Below, piece by piece: positions 13,487 through 28,397 of a DNA stretch of 64,000 bases. The notes under the pieces are model-generated. The model ran no database searches. It worked only from the letters and a program-made list of their open reading frames with translations, and had not been told where the DNA came from. Every line of letters starts with the position of its first letter. The first letter of the stretch is position 1. This DNA comes from Flaccisagitta enflata (taxonomy: Eukaryota), in the NCBI GenBank assembly GCA_965153355.1, contig OZ231126.1:33604001-33668000 (forward strand), given 5' to 3'. Made by a program: the position numbers and the translations under genes.

Positions 13487-14002
13487 GTGGTGATCCATTC
13501 TACCCCCGTTACCACTACCTCTACCCCCGTTTTGGTCATTTTTAAACAAACAAACATTGAAAAAATTAATCAAGTGCAGCAAAAAGATAAAAGAGAGCGA
13601 GCAAGAGAGAGGAAATGAATAAAACAAGAAAGAAAGATCATGATCATCGGACGAAAGAAACTAAGAAATGGAATCTGAAACTAAAGGATGGGTTTTGAGC
13701 AACAGGGCTGAGATTTAAACATTGGAAAAAAGCCTCGACGCTAGGATTTGAGCCTTGAGCAGAGATTTGCGTTACTGTACATCAGTAGTCGGCCGTTATG
13801 AGGTCGTTATATGGTAGAAATCCGCCATTTCATAGTGAGGTCGTTATCCCTGAATAACTGGACGTTATTCAAAATGCAGTTACACGTTATCTATTTTAGT
13901 ATTTAGATGAAGAAGGAACAGATTTTGTAAACTGAGGTTCATTGCATTTGACTCATGGTGATCCTCAATTCCTCATGATATTCTTTTGCCTAAACACTGT
14001 AA

Positions 14003-14076
<74 letters not shown>

Positions 14077-14727
14077 AAATGCACACCAAAAGCGGTATAA
14101 GATTGACTTAGAGAAACAAAGGATCTTGAAAAGAAGAGTGGAAGGGGAAAGAGAAGGAGGAGGAAGAGGAAGAGGAACGACCGGGTTTCCATGGTGAATT
14201 TTGGATTAATCGTTATCTTGTTTGACCGCCCCGTTACACGGATTGCCGGATCTCGATACCTAATCTCTGCCCTTGAGCCTAAGTTTTTAGCATCAAGCAA
14301 CAGGGCTGGGATTTAAGCCTTATGATTGGGATTTTCCCCTCAAGCCTGAGAGCCTCGAGGCTGGGATTTGAGCCTCAAGGCTGATATTTGGGCCTCAAGG
14401 CGAGGATGAGAGCCTTGAGTCTGCGATTTGAGCCTTGATGCTAGAATTTGAGCCACTTTGGAAATTGCCCAAAATGGAAGAAAGTGAGAAGGAGAAAGGG
14501 AAAGAAATGAGAAAAAAGAAAGTGAGAAAGAGAGAAAGAAAGAAAGAAGGAAAAAAAGAAAGGGAGAGAGAAAGAAAGGAATGAGAAAATAGAAAGTGAG
14601 AAAGCGAGAAAGAAAGGGAGAAGGAAAGAAAGAAAAGGAGAGAGTAGGAAAGAAATGAGAAAAAAGAAAGTAGGAAAGATAGAAAGAAAGGAAGAAGGAA
14701 AGAAAAATTGGGAGAAACAAAGAAGGA

Positions 14728-14791
<64 letters not shown>

Positions 14792-14808
14792 GAGAAAGAA
14801 AGAATGGG

Positions 14809-14955
<147 letters not shown>

Positions 14956-15019
14956 AATTATCCTCGCACTGTATTTATTCTCTGATTTATTTCTTTTTGC
15001 CATTATTGAATCACTGCAG

Positions 15020-15070
15020 ACCTGTACTTTCTGGAATAGCGAGTAGCGCCGCTTCTCGGAAGATCATGAG
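15020..15070 (+). CDS. Possible 51-nt exon (PVLSGIASSAASRKIM)
   Basis: Pyrimidine tract plus ctgcag acceptor and GAG|GTATCT donor. Only one frame is open (phase 2-2). I could not link it in phase to its neighbours. Confidence 0.3.
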
Positions 15071-17067
15071 GTATCTCAGAAATGCTTGAGAAAAAAAAAG
15101 AAGTTAGAAAAAGAAAAAGAACAAGGCCGTATAAACGGCAGCATTAGTCGCGGACGGGTGGGCAGGAGCAGAAAACCCCGTAAAGTGATTTTGTTACGAA
15201 CGGACCGACGGACAGACCGACGGACCGACTGACGGACCGACAGACCGACAAAGTGGCTTATAGAGTCGCGTGTCCGCGACTAATAAGAAAAAAAAAAAAG
15301 AAAAAAAAAGAAGAGACGAAGGAAAAAACAAAAGGGAAAAGATAAGTGAAAAAATTGAAAAGCAGAAGGAAAAGATTAAAAAAAAGAATTTAAGAAGAAA
15401 AAAAGAAATTAGGAGACTAAAAAACAGTAGGACACAGGGAGAGACTAACACAGATGAGCAGACAAAGATGGAAAGAAGGACAGATAGGATGAAGAAAGAC
15501 ATCAAAACGATATTCTATCATATGGATGTACTTAAATGTGTAGACTTCTCTTAAGTGATAAAGGATGTTAATTCATTGAAATCATGCTGGAAACAGAAGT
15601 GGTTATAGAAAACATTACAGATATTGATATGTCGGAAGGTTTGAGTGGGCAAATCCTGCTACTCGGAAGGATAGAAAAATGTACAGGCTAGACTGAATGG
15701 TTGATTTTCTATGTCTCTGTCGCCCTTTGTGCGGACGAATTAAAAGAACATATACTCTTTACAGCATTCTTTTTTTTTCTTTTATTGGCAATAACAAAGA
15801 TCCGATTAAAAGAAAGTAAATTTATTAGTTCCTTGGCAACCGTTATGGCAGGGTTTAACTGTACTTATATATGTAAAATTTCAAATCATAATCTCTATGC
15901 GTTTCAAAATTATGCCCATGCCATCGCAAGAAGCTTAAAACATTTTTTCGCTGATCCTAAAAGCTTAAAACATGTACTTTTTGGGCAGCGGCCCCAAAGG
16001 GCCGATGTCCTGTAGGACACAGGGGTGAACCATTACGTACGTCTGTCCGTCTGTCCGTCCCCCCCCCAAGTTTCTCAAACCTCCAATTCCCATCGAATAA
16101 CATGGGAAATTGACAAAATGCAAACCTCAAATTGAATAACATGGAAAATTTACAAAAAAGCATAAAAATTGCATGTTTCCCATTGAATAACATGAAAAAT
16201 GGATGAAAACAAGGAAAAGATTAAAAATTCCCATTGAATAACATGGCAAATTGACAAGAAGTTTAAAAATGCAAAATTCCCAATGAATAGCATGGAAAAC
16301 TGCTATTAAGGCCTCAAATATGCCCTCTCAGGACGTATGGAACTTCACCCCTGTGTCCTACAGGACATCGGCGCTTTGGGGCCGCTGCCCCGCTCTCACT
16401 CCACTTTTTCAGCTTATCACTCCAAGCAGGGCATTGGGTACCGCTGACCATGTGCGATCCTTGGATGACTTGTTAAAACTGAGACTGAATTCTAAAGGAA
16501 TTTTCGTCTTTTTAATGATATCCGCGTGGTATCTTGATAGTATCTGAATGTGTTTTTTACCTGATCCAGTGATCCTTTAATAAAGTGCTTCACTCAAAAT
16601 GTAATAAATTTCAGTTCATAAAAATCTGCTAGTGGTTTCAGGATTTGCGAATAGTGTTCTGCCCTCGTTTATATACTAAATGGTATAGGCCTGTCCAACC
16701 CTATACTAATGAGGTATGCAGTCAAGCTGATAGTTTTGTCAGGTAAGCTTTTTATTTGTCAGTAGTAAAGGATAGTTGTGAGCAATCCGGAGTAAACACC
16801 ATTGAAAGCTTGCAAGGCTTTCATCCTTTGTATATTGGAGAATTCTGGCCTCCTTTTATAAGGGCAATGTTGTTTCAACTTTAATATGAATTCTTCTTTC
16901 TTTATTCATGCTAACTTCCTCTTCAATTTTTCTTTCCTCCTATTGTTTCACGTTGGACCAGGGGGTTTCGTCCATTCGTCGTCTGTCCATCGCGTCGCAT
17001 CATCTTTGCAAATTATCGTGGCCACCAATGTAGACTATTCAACTACGATATCAGCCTTCCGCTTTTA

Positions 17068-17283
17068 ATTTCTAGTCGCGTGCTACGCGACTCTACACCC
17101 TGCTATGTTGGTCAGTCGGTTAGTCAGTCGGCGGTTGGTTGGTCGGTTGATTGGTCGGTCGGTCCCCTTTGTGCTTTTTTGGCGTTTTTGAGCTTTTTGA
17201 GCAAACTGCTCCTGCCCAAGTGCTCTAGTCTTTGCTCCTGTCCACCCGCACGCGACTGTGGTAGCCGTGTATCCGGCCTTGTT
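17068..17283 (+). mobile_element. DINE-1/HINE-like element (family I)
   Basis: Same termini and hairpin as 321-516. Further copies at about 10815, 15120, 19695, 26776, 43164, 43812, 48297 and 51350. Confidence 0.75.
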
Positions 17284-20200
17284 ATGGTGACCTCGGCCTC
17301 GTCGATTGCCCCGGGTCGACTGCCCCGGGTCTACTGTCTTAGAAACAAGGCCAAGTAGGCCAATAGGTGCGACGGTGTGGGCAGAGGCGGAAATGCGCGT
17401 TTTCACACTTTCCAACTCGATCACCATGACGGACAGACTAACGGACCAACGGACCGACGGACGGACAACGCCTCATATAGAGTTGCATGTCCACAACTAA
17501 AAATGTTGCAACCTAAGATTTCAGTTCATTCATTAATTACCTAAGCAAGCAATTGCAAATTGATCAATAATTGATATTTGTTACCCCTAGTTCCCCTGGC
17601 CGCCATTTCCCAGGGAAGTCATTTACAGAGCCTCTGAAAGCACTGATATGAGGCGTGATAGTAGTGAAGACTTTTTTAGCAAAAAAACATATTTCCCTTT
17701 CCTATCTTTGAGTGACTTTAACTTTTTAACAGATGGACCAATTTTGTTTTGCCAAAAAAAAGAAAAGATTATAAAAAGCGCTATATTTTGGTCACCAATT
17801 TTCCTAGATTCATCAAAAAACAAATGAATTATGCAATTATGATTGAGTGGAAAAGATTACATGAAAACAAGTCAAGTTGAGAATCCTTCAAAAGCAATCA
17901 TTTTGTCTAAAGTTAAATAGCTTCTAAACCAATAATGACATTGGTTTGCGCAGATGGCTTAAAAATTTGAACAGCTTTAATTTTTTTTTCTTATTTGATA
18001 GATTAAATCATTTATGACATCATGAAAAATCTGGTGCCGTTTGCTATTCACGAGAGGTCAAAACTGACTTTTTTTTCTGCTAAATTAGACTTTTTCTAGT
18101 CATAAGCTATGTAACCACGAATGATTTAGTAAAAAAAATGAATGCTAATTTGTACTCCCAAGAAAAAAAATGTTATGAATGATGTTGTAAAAGATAGAGA
18201 ACTTCCCAAAATTATCTCTCAATTTAGCATTTCTAGTGTTGCCCTAAATTTTAAATTCGCATGGAAAATGAAAAAAAGAAAAAACCAAGAACATCAGACT
18301 CCAGCAAAATATCATAGTTAAGATCTGATGTTTTTGAAAGTGCGTAATAAAATTTAGGGGGCCAAATATCTTTCAAAAAATGTTAATAACTCATTTTTTG
18401 ACAAAAAAATCAATAAAAACCATACTTCCTGTTGTTCAATTCCAATGAAATTTGATACGCATACAGCTGAGCACGTCCCCTAACTACAGTAAAAATTTCA
18501 TGGAGCTGCTCCAACAGGGCAATGGGTAACTAGCGAATCAAGGTTGTCTTATAAAAATTTTCCTCGTTTTTTTCTCAACTGACAGTTGACATGTTTTTTT
18601 TAGTAAGTGTTTAAGATACAAATATCAAAGCCTGTCAGAATTTTTGTATATTATGTTTGAGCATATCAGTGGATAACCCTCATGGAATCAATCAAAATGA
18701 AATACTTTAATACAATTTAACTAAACCAAAGTTTATATTCAGAATTTTTTCTTCTCTCTTTTTAGGGTTTATTGGTGCTGCTTTTAGCTTCAAGTTATAT
18801 TTCCGCGCCTAAACTCACGCCAAGTGGTCTTTTTTCTTAAGAGAGGCCTATGTTGGGATGTTGTGGGTAGAATTGATTTTTTGTCCGATCCAAAATTTTA
18901 GTTTTAAAGTTTTACAACAGCGTCAAAGAGCTTGAATAAGAAACAAATAAATACTCTAGATCATGTCTTATGAGTAATTGATCAAAATGTGCTGCAACGT
19001 TTTATCTCTAAGATAGTAAACCGCATCCCATCCCGCACAAACCGCAAAAAATGTTCCATCACTTTATTTCCCTCTCGTCTTCCGACGTTCCATCCTCTCT
19101 CTTTTTCTCTTCTTCCGTTGCTCTCTCTCTCATTGCATTCCCGCTGATTTTAACCGGTTTTCTCCCTTTTTTTCCCTTTCGCGATGCAATTAAGGTGTCA
19201 ATGCGGATGGCCGCCAGCTTCATTGCCATTGGCGGCACTGCTTTTAATCTCCCCGATAAAAACGTACCCAAAGGCAAAAGAAAAAAGAAAGCTTTTTTCC
19301 TTCCTCCGTATTGGATTTTTTTTTTTCGTAATTCCCAAAATAGTTGTTGCACGACGTCGCAACAACGCAGTTCTTGATGATGTGTGGCGGCATTATGAAA
19401 GAATTCTCTTGCTTTTGAATTCTGACGGTCCGTCTATTGGACGGCCTTTTTCCTTTGGTTTTCCGAATATTCTGTCTCTCTTTCTTTCCGTCTTTTCCTT
19501 TTTGGACCCCCCCCCCCCCCCGAAGCTTCTCAATTCTCAAATTCCCATTGAATAACATAGGAAAATGACAAAATGCAAACTTCCCATTGAATGACATGGA
19601 AAATTTACAAAAAAGAATAGAAAAATGCAAATTTCCTATCAAATAACATGAAAAATGCAAAATTCCAATTGGATAGCATGGAAATTTATTTGGAAACAAG
19701 GTCGGATACACGGCCATCAGTTGCGGACGGGTGGGCAGGGGCGGAAATGCGCGTTTTCCCACTTTTCGACTCAATGGTTACGGACGGACGGACCGACCGA
19801 CCGACCGACCAACGGACGGACAAAGCCTCTTATAGAGTTGCGTGTCCGCAACTAAAAAGTCGAAGAGACGAAGTCCCTTCGGTCCTTCGACCTTTGCTTT
19901 CACACATGGAGAAATTTCTCCTTCTTCTCCTCCTCCGTCACCCCCCCCCCCACCCTGAGGCTCAAATTCTGGTTGTGAGGCCCATGTTCCACCCCAGAGA
20001 TCCAAATTCTAACCTTGAGGCCCAAAATATGGCCTTGAGGCCCAAATTCTAGCCCAGAGGCCCAAAATCTAGCCCTGAGGCCCAAATTCTAGCTGTGAGG
20101 CTCATGTTCTACCCTAGAGATCCAAATTCTAACCTTGAGGCCCAAATCCCAACCTCTTGGCTCAAATCCTAGCCTCAAGGCTCAACTCCCAGCCTTGAGG

Positions 20201-20698
20201 CTCAAATCCCAGCCTCAAGGCTCAAATCCAAACCTCAAAGCCCCAATTCCAGCCTCGAAGCCGTAATTCCAGCCTCAAGGCCATAATTCTTGCTTCAAGG
20301 CTCAAATCCGAGCCTCAAGGCTCTACTCCAAGCCTCAAGGCCTTAATCCCAGCCTTGAGGCCATAATTCCAGCCTTGAGGCTCAAAAAAAAACAGCATAG
20401 GTCATCGGCCCCTTTGGGGCCGCTGCCCCTCCAACCACTTCACACCCACATACACTCACATAGGGGCAACGGGTACCGCTGACCATCTAACGCTTTTGCG
20501 ACTATTTCTCATGGGGCGTTTGTGGAAGTTGATAAATTTTGGGGGCCAAAAGACTACGCATGAAATTAATAGCTAAGAAAGAGCTAATTCTCTTTCAGAT
20601 GACGCCAAGCAGAATTCTGTGCGTTCAATAATTTTGGAGCTATGATTTTTTGAATCTTTTTTTATTTTTTCGCATTTTTTGCATTTTTCCCAAAGCTC

Positions 20699-20804
<106 letters not shown>

Positions 20805-20882
20805 CTTCACTCTTTCTTTCTCTCTTTCTCTCTCTCTCACTGTCTGTCTGTCTTTCCCTCTCTGTCTGTCCCTCTCTCACTA

Positions 20883-21114
<232 letters not shown>

Positions 21115-21211
21115 TCACACACACAGCGGAGAGTACAGACAGACAGAAATGCAGACCAACAAAAAGACAGACGGTGAGAAACACAGACAAACAAACACAG
21201 GGAGAGATTTT

Positions 21212-21307
<96 letters not shown>

Positions 21308-22217
21308 AGTCACGTGCTATGCGAGTCTATAAGCCACTTTTCTGTCGGTCGGTCGGTCTGTCGGTCAGTCCGTCACAAAACTGTTCAAAAGGCTTTTTAT
21401 ACAAAATAAAGACATCTTGAATGTTTTTGAACGTTTCTTAAGCATCTATAAACATCTGCAAGCCACTTTTTGGTTGGTCAGTTAGTCTGTTGGTCCGTCC
21501 GTCTATCCGCCACAAAGTTGTTTAAAGGGTGTTTCAGCCAATTTAAAGACATTTTAAATGTTCTTGAATGTTTTTATGTCATTCACATACCTCTGTAAGC
21601 CACTTTTTGGTCCGTCTGTCCATCCATCCATCTATCCGTCTTTCCATTGGTTTATCACAAAGTTGTTTTTAAGGTTTTTTGTTGCTAGTTCAACGGTTCT
21701 TTTAAATGTTTTAGTCTGTTTATCTGTCTGTCTGCCTGACTTTTCTGAAAGTGCCGACGCACGCGACTAAGGTCTAATGACCTTGTTTTCTCTTTTTTTT
21801 TTCTCTCTCTCACTCTCTTTTCCTCTCTCATTTTCTCGAGCAGCATTTTGACTTTTTTCCTACGGTTATTAGCCGCCCTTATTGGTAAAAAAATGAAAAA
21901 GAAATGAAATCCTCTTTGAATAACATAGAAAATTGACAAAAAATTGTAAAAAAAATGTGTAATTCCCATTGAATATCATGGAAAATTGCCTCTAAGGCCT
22001 GAAATATGCCTTCCCAGGACATAAAAAAATTCATCCCTGAGTCCTAAGGGCATTGTCCCTTTAGGGCCGCTGCCCTGCTCTCACTCCACTTCTTCAGCTA
22101 ATCACTCCAAGCAGGGCATCGGGTACCGCTGACCATATGCAATCCTTGGATGGTTCTTTTCTTTCTTTTCCTTCTTCACCTTCTTTTTTTTTTCTTTTCT
22201 TTTCTTCTCTTGAACTC

Positions 22218-22734
22218 TTTTTAGGTGCGCCATAGCACCTCTATAACTAGCTCTGTCTGTCGGTCGGTTGGTCGGTTGGTTGGTCACGCTCGAGTTGAAA
22301 ATCTCGAAAAGAGGCAAGAATCACTGGAAATGATTCAGAAATATGCTAGGATGATACCCAGATGCGCCAGAGCACCTCTATAAGAGCCTATGTCCGTCCG
22401 TCCATCTGTCGGTCATTTCATTAAAAAAATAATCATCTACGCTTAGGTCTGATCGAGCTGGGGATAGGTAGGATAGGTCTGGTGGTAAGTCGGATAGGTC
22501 TGGTGATAGGTCGGATAGGTGTGGGGGATAGGTCTAATAGAGCTCGGGATAGGTCTGATAGAGCTCGGGATAGGTCTGATAGAGCTCGGGATAGGTCTGA
22601 TAGAGCTCGGGATAGGCCTGATAAAGCTCGGGATAGGTCTGATAGAGATAGGGATAGGTCTTACGGAGCTAGGGATAGGTCTAAGAATTGATAACGTCCG
22701 GCGCACCGTCTTGGCCCGTGTATCCGGCCTTGTT
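22218..22734 (+). mobile_element. HINE-like element with internal 21-bp tandem (ggataggtctgatagagctcg)
   Basis: TTTTTAGGTGC-GCCATA-GCACCT hairpin start and CCGTGTATCCGGCCTTGTT end. Confidence 0.7.
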
Positions 22735-23094
22735 TCTTTTCTGGCTCCTAGAACCCTCCAAACGACCTACAACCCTTTTGAGCAGCGGTACTATCTAGGA
22801 AATAAATATACGGACAGCTGGAGAAAAGTTAGTCTTATCACTCACTGAATGAAATGTATGTTTAAATAAATCAATTTCTAGTTATTTTATGATATTTTTA
22901 TCTATGATGTGCTTCTGTTTTGAGTTTCTATGGGATTGGTTAGTGATTTTTCAACTTAAATCAGTGTATCCAAAATTTCCCAACAGGCACCAAAAAAATT
23001 ATTCAACCGGTTTGGTTTGGTATTTATATTAGATAATTTGAGAGCAATATGTTTAACTATAGCTTTCAATCTTTTCAACAATCCAAAATTAATA

Positions 23095-23784
23095 AACAAG
23101 GCCGGATACACGGGCCAAGACGGTGCGCCGAGTGTTATTAATTCATAGCTATCCCTAGCTCCATCAGACCTATCCCTAGCTCCATCAGACCTATCCCTAG
23201 CTCTATCAGACCATTCCTAGCTCTATCAGACCTATCCCGCCAGGCGTTATTAATCCATAGCTATCCCTAGCTCCATCAGACCTATCCCTAGCTCTATCAG
23301 ACCAATCCTAGCTCTATAAGACCTATCCCGAACTCTATCAGGCCTATCCCGAGCTCTATCAGACCTATCACCAGTTCTATCAGACGTATCCCCAGCTCTA
23401 TCAGACCTATCTCCAGCTCTATCAGACTTATCCTAAGACCTATCACCAGACCTACCCAACCTATCCCCAGCTCTATAAGACCTAACTGTAGTTAATTATA
23501 TTAGTGAATGAAATGACGAGTATCATTTATAGTGAACCAAATGAGTTTTCTATTGATTTCAAACATTCTTAGCGAATCTTCATTTGGGCATGACCAATGG
23601 ATGGACGGACAGACGGACAGAGCTTCTTATAGAGATTCTATGGCGCATTTAAAGATCATCCTTGCATATTTTTGAATCATTTCCAGTGATTTTTGCTTCT
23701 TTTCAAGAATTTCAACTCGAGCGTTACAGACCAACCAACCAACAGACAGAGCCTCTCATAGAGGTGCTATGGCGCACCTAAAAA
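23095..23784 (-). mobile_element. Inverted second copy of the 22218 HINE subfamily
   Basis: aacaaggccggatacacgggccaagacggtgcgccg ... gaggtgctatggcgcacctaaaaa, with the same 21-bp tandem in reverse orientation. Confidence 0.7.
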
Positions 23785-23893
23785 TGTGATATAATTAATC
23801 GAAGCAGAATGATTTTGGTCAATCCGTTTAGATTTGAGAGCTCTTCAAACATTTGTTGTCCTATAAAGATTTGAATTGAAAACCTCAAGATTA

Positions 23894-24500
23894 ACAGGAT
23901 GTGCAAAAAATTTGGCAAAATTTTGCTAAGAACAGTTTTAAACTGCTTTCAAATGATTTTTTAAATCAAAATATAGCTTTGATATGAGGGTTTCTTAGTT
24001 TCATACATCTATTTGCCCACAGGCAGCAGGAATTCATGAATTGAAATCAATGGAGGGGAGGAAAGGTCCATTTATGGTGGTCCTGGAAAAATAAATTCGG
24101 ATCAACAAAACAAAATTGATAGCAACTTTCAAATTGTTTTTTTTATATTTTTTACAATTGTTTTGAAGCCAATTTTGAGTCAGAATGACTGTACTGCTTC
24201 TATGATGATTACCCCTTGGTGAATTGACCACTTTCGGATACTGATTTGGATGTAATATTAAGCATAGTGATTGATTTCCTCAGCTTTGTTTTACTGGTAA
24301 AAATTCTGTGAAACGGGAAAATTTGACCAGAGCAAAATTCATTCCTTTGCCAACCAAGATCATTCTTATGAAAAACTGCACAATCTAACATCTAGTAGAA
24401 CTAATTAGAAGGCTACACCCCAAATTTTGTATTACTGGGCCGTCAACAAGTGTGGTTTTTTGTGCCTTTATGTTTTTGCCAAATTTTTTGCACATCCTGT
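23894..24500. mobile_element. TA-flanked MITE
   Basis: 27-bp perfect TIR acaggatgtgcaaaaaatttggcaaaa, with TA on both sides. Confidence 0.75.
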
Positions 24501-25304
24501 TAGATCTTGATAAAATGACAGTTTCTATTCAAAACGCTGTCTATTGAAAACGGTTTGAGCTACTGACCTCTGCCTAGTCTTGAATGGAAGATATTCTATC
24601 ACAGCTTGTTGATCTGCTTTCGTTTTTGAATTGGTTGTTGCAGTTTAGCTGCTATAATGATGGTTAGGTGTCCGTATATTTATTTCCTAGATAGTACTGC
24701 GCACTGCTGAACAATCAGCGCCTCCGCTCCAAGCCTTGATCACTTTTGCGCATATCGTCAATTGCTGTTGGGGATTTCCTTTTTTGGTTGTGTCCAACTC
24801 AGAGCTATACAGTGACTAATAATATCAGCGTGTACAAAAGTCGCTATACATTTCCTTTTTTGGTCAAACCAAACTTGAAAAAGCGAGTATCTCACCAGCA
24901 GGATGACGTTACCGTTATTGATTATATCATTGGCTAATCATGTTCCAGAATTATTCGGCCGTAATGTGGCGTGAGCGTGAAACGATGGGGGGTAATTTCA
25001 TTGATGAGGATTCAATCCTACGCAAAATAAATTGCTATTCTATTCTGGTTGTGTTTAGCCTGAAGAGGAGCGGTCATTCCCCCCCTCCCCTACTCAATAT
25101 CGCATCAGGCCAAAAATATTAATAAAAATTTTAAGCTCATTATTAAATTAAAAAAAAAAAACAAAAACAAAAAACAATCACCTTAACTTACGTTGATTAG
25201 AATTTCATTCTAACGCAAAATCACAACTGATCTATATCAATTTTGATTTTCTCGCCCCTGTAGCCTACAGGACATCAGTCCTTTAGGGCAGATGCCATGC
25301 CCTG

Positions 25305-25644
25305 TAGGGTGACCAAAAGTATGGTCAAATTTGAATTTCATCTTTTTCGCGGGAGAAAACGTGACCATTTCTATCACAGATGATGACCCTAAAATCTGGT
25401 GATGATCAGATAAAGTCTACTCATGACCACCACTCCCATTATATCCTATAGAAACTACACAGAAGAAGTTCGGGTCTTATTCCAGCCCTATATTTTATAA
25501 TGGGAAAAGGGGTGGGTTGGCGGTCATGAGTAAATTTTATCTGATCATCACCAGATTTTAGAGTTATCATCTGTGGTGGAAATGGACACATTTCTCCCGC
25601 GAGGAACACTAAATTCGGATTTGACCATACTTTCAGTCACCCTA
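25305..25644. mobile_element. hAT-type MITE, almost fully palindromic
   Basis: TAGGGTGAC...GTCACCCTA termini and a perfect 8-bp TSD ATGCCCTG. Confidence 0.85.
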
Positions 25645-27089
25645 ATGCCCTGCTCTTACTCCTCCACCAACCCATTGCATAACGACTTCTGTAGTAACGC
25701 CATTTCCGGTATTCTCCATGGCAACATAACGCCATTTTGGCGTCTATATGGCGTTATTTAGGGCATTATTATTGTTGTCATTGCTGTTACTTTTTTGTTT
25801 ATCATTTTTACACATTATGGTTTTTTTGTGATTATTTGAAAAAAAACTAAAGATAGAAAGAATGTTATATAATATATTCACCATTAATAATGATTTTTTT
25901 CATTTTTCATTTTTCACTTTTTACTTATCACTTTTCACTTTTCATTCTTTACTTTTCATTTTTTACTTTTCACTTTTCATTTTTCATTTTTTCTTTTATT
26001 TTTCCTCTACGATTTTTGACTTTTCGTCTTTCATTTTTTACTTTTCATTTTTCATTTTTTAGTTTTTCCTTTTTTTTTCGTTTTTGATTTTTTTCTTTTT
26101 TTCCTTTTTGATTTTTTTCCTTTTAATTTTTTTCACTTTTAATTTTTGATATACAGTTTTTATTTTTTCCTTTTTTTTACCTTTCATATTTAAGAGCTCA
26201 TGTTTAAATTCTAATTTTGTATACTTTAATTATTTCAATGTTTTGATAGAAAATGACCAAAGTTTGAAAATGATCAATCATTCTCCAACATGCTTAACAT
26301 GAGATTCAATAATATAGACGTAACATAAATGCTGAAACAATTCTCTCGGTTTCGGTCTCAGTCTCTCAAAGAGAAACAACTACAGAGATACAGTGAGACA
26401 GACAAACAGACAGACAGACAGACACAGACATTTCGTTTTATGTTTATTAACTAGCTTTAAATAGCTTTGAATAGCTGCAAATAGCTTCAAATAGTTGTAA
26501 ATAGCTTTTGATAGCTTTTTATAGCTTTACATAGCTTTAAATAGACCGTAACGACCAGAAACGAAGTCGTAATATGTAAAAATCGTAACTATAGTGTCTT
26601 TGATGCTATTGGGGAATAGCAAAACGTGACTAAAAACGGGTTTCCGAATTTTCTACGCAATCCGTTGTCTTCCACTTCACTTGATCACTCCAAATCCAAG
26701 CAGGGCATCGGGTACCGCTGACCATGTGCGATCCTTGGATGACTAGTTTTTCTTTCTTACTTTCTTTGTTTGTCTTTTCAGTTGCGGACACGCATGAGAG
26801 ACTTTGTCCATCCGTCTGTTGGTCCATCTGTCCGTTGGTCCGTCCGTCCATTGGTCCGTCCGTTGCTCCATCCATCAGTCCATCACGCTCGAGTTGAGAA
26901 TGTGAAAACGCGTTTTTATGATACTGCTATTTTGTGTGATTGTGGGTATGTGACGTGAGTGTGTGGCAGAAGTGGTTGGGGGTGGGGTTGGGGTGAGGCT
27001 GGTGGTTGGATGCCCCTGCCCAACCATCCGCAATGATAGTGACCCCGCGTCACAATTTCTTTCTTTCTTTTTCTCTCTCTTTCTTTCTC

Positions 27090-27161
<72 letters not shown>

Positions 27162-27193
27162 TTCCTCCTTTCTCTCTCTCTCTCTCTCTCTCT

Positions 27194-27346
<153 letters not shown>

Positions 27347-27800
27347 AACGTCAGGAATCAAGGACCGGAATGCAGAACTTTGCCAGCGATTTTTTTCGCC
27401 GTGGGTGGAAAAAGATGATGACTCATTAGAATGAGGTATGATCAGGAGTTTACTGGAAACTTGACGTTCATGACATCCCCGAGGCCAGGTCATAACTTCA
27501 TCCACCAACTGGAGCTTTTCTGTTTCTAAATCGCTGATAGATCTGCGTCATAAGATTGATAACAATAACGGAACCGTTAGGCTGCTTAACGAGTTTAAGA
27601 TATTAATGCACTGAGAAGAAATAGCCAATACGTATAGATCCGTGTATAACGGTCATACACGAATTTAGGACATTATTCATAGAGAAGTTTGTCATACACG
27701 CATGGTCAGGACAGGTAAGTTGCGCCGATTGGATCTATGAGAATGATTTAAAGAGGTTCAACCATCATTTGAAATTTTGGATCTGATCTCAACATCATTA

Positions 27801-28158
27801 TTTTGTCGCGGACTCACGACTCTAGAACTTGCTATGTCGGTCTGACGGTCTGTTGGTCGGTCGGTCGGTCGGTCTGTCGGTAGCCAAAACAAAATTTGAG
27901 CGCTGTTGCGCCATTCCGCTCCTGCCCACCCGTCCGCGACTGGGGGGAGTGTATACGGCCTTGTTTTTAGTTGCGGACACGCAACTCTATAAGAGGCTTT
28001 GTCCGTCCGTCGGTTGGTCGGTCGGTTGGTCGGTCGGTTGGTTGGTTGGTTGGTTGGTTGGTCGGTCCGTAGAGGTGATCGAGTCGAAAAGTGGGAAAAC
28101 ACGCATATCCGCCCCTGCCCACCCGTCCGCAACTGGTGGCCGTGTATCCGGCCTTGTT
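27801..28158 (+). mobile_element. Two head-to-tail HINE-like elements
   Basis: The first ends ggccttgtt at 27965. The second begins immediately (tttagttgcggacacgcaact) and ends gccttgtt at 28158. Confidence 0.7.
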
Positions 28159-28397
28159 CAATAAAGGGAACATTACATTTGGGGAAATAGCGCGAAGATT
28201 TTCAAAACCTTCAACCCTTTCAAATTGATTCGTAATAAATGATAAAGTTATCATAGTTTCATACATACGTCAATTCAGTATGGCCTGTGTGGGTTTATTG
28301 AAGGATTTTGTTCCACTTGTCATGCAAAGCGAAGAGGTTTCCCCACAAGTGAAACGGGGGAAACCAAATTCGAATACGTATATGAAATATGCCCATA

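Larger units (their letters stand above)
22785..24700. mobile_element. TIR element (about 32-bp TIRs) hosting a nested HINE and a nested MITE
   Basis: gcggtactatctaggaaataaatatacggaca versus tgtccgtatatttatttcctagatagtactgc. Possible 3-bp TSD GCA. Superfamily not assigned. Confidence 0.65.

Noticed and set aside
20020-20385. Regular 21-bp repeats as a CRISPR-like array
   Set aside because: They are contiguous tandem units without unique spacers, in a eukaryotic context with no cas genes.
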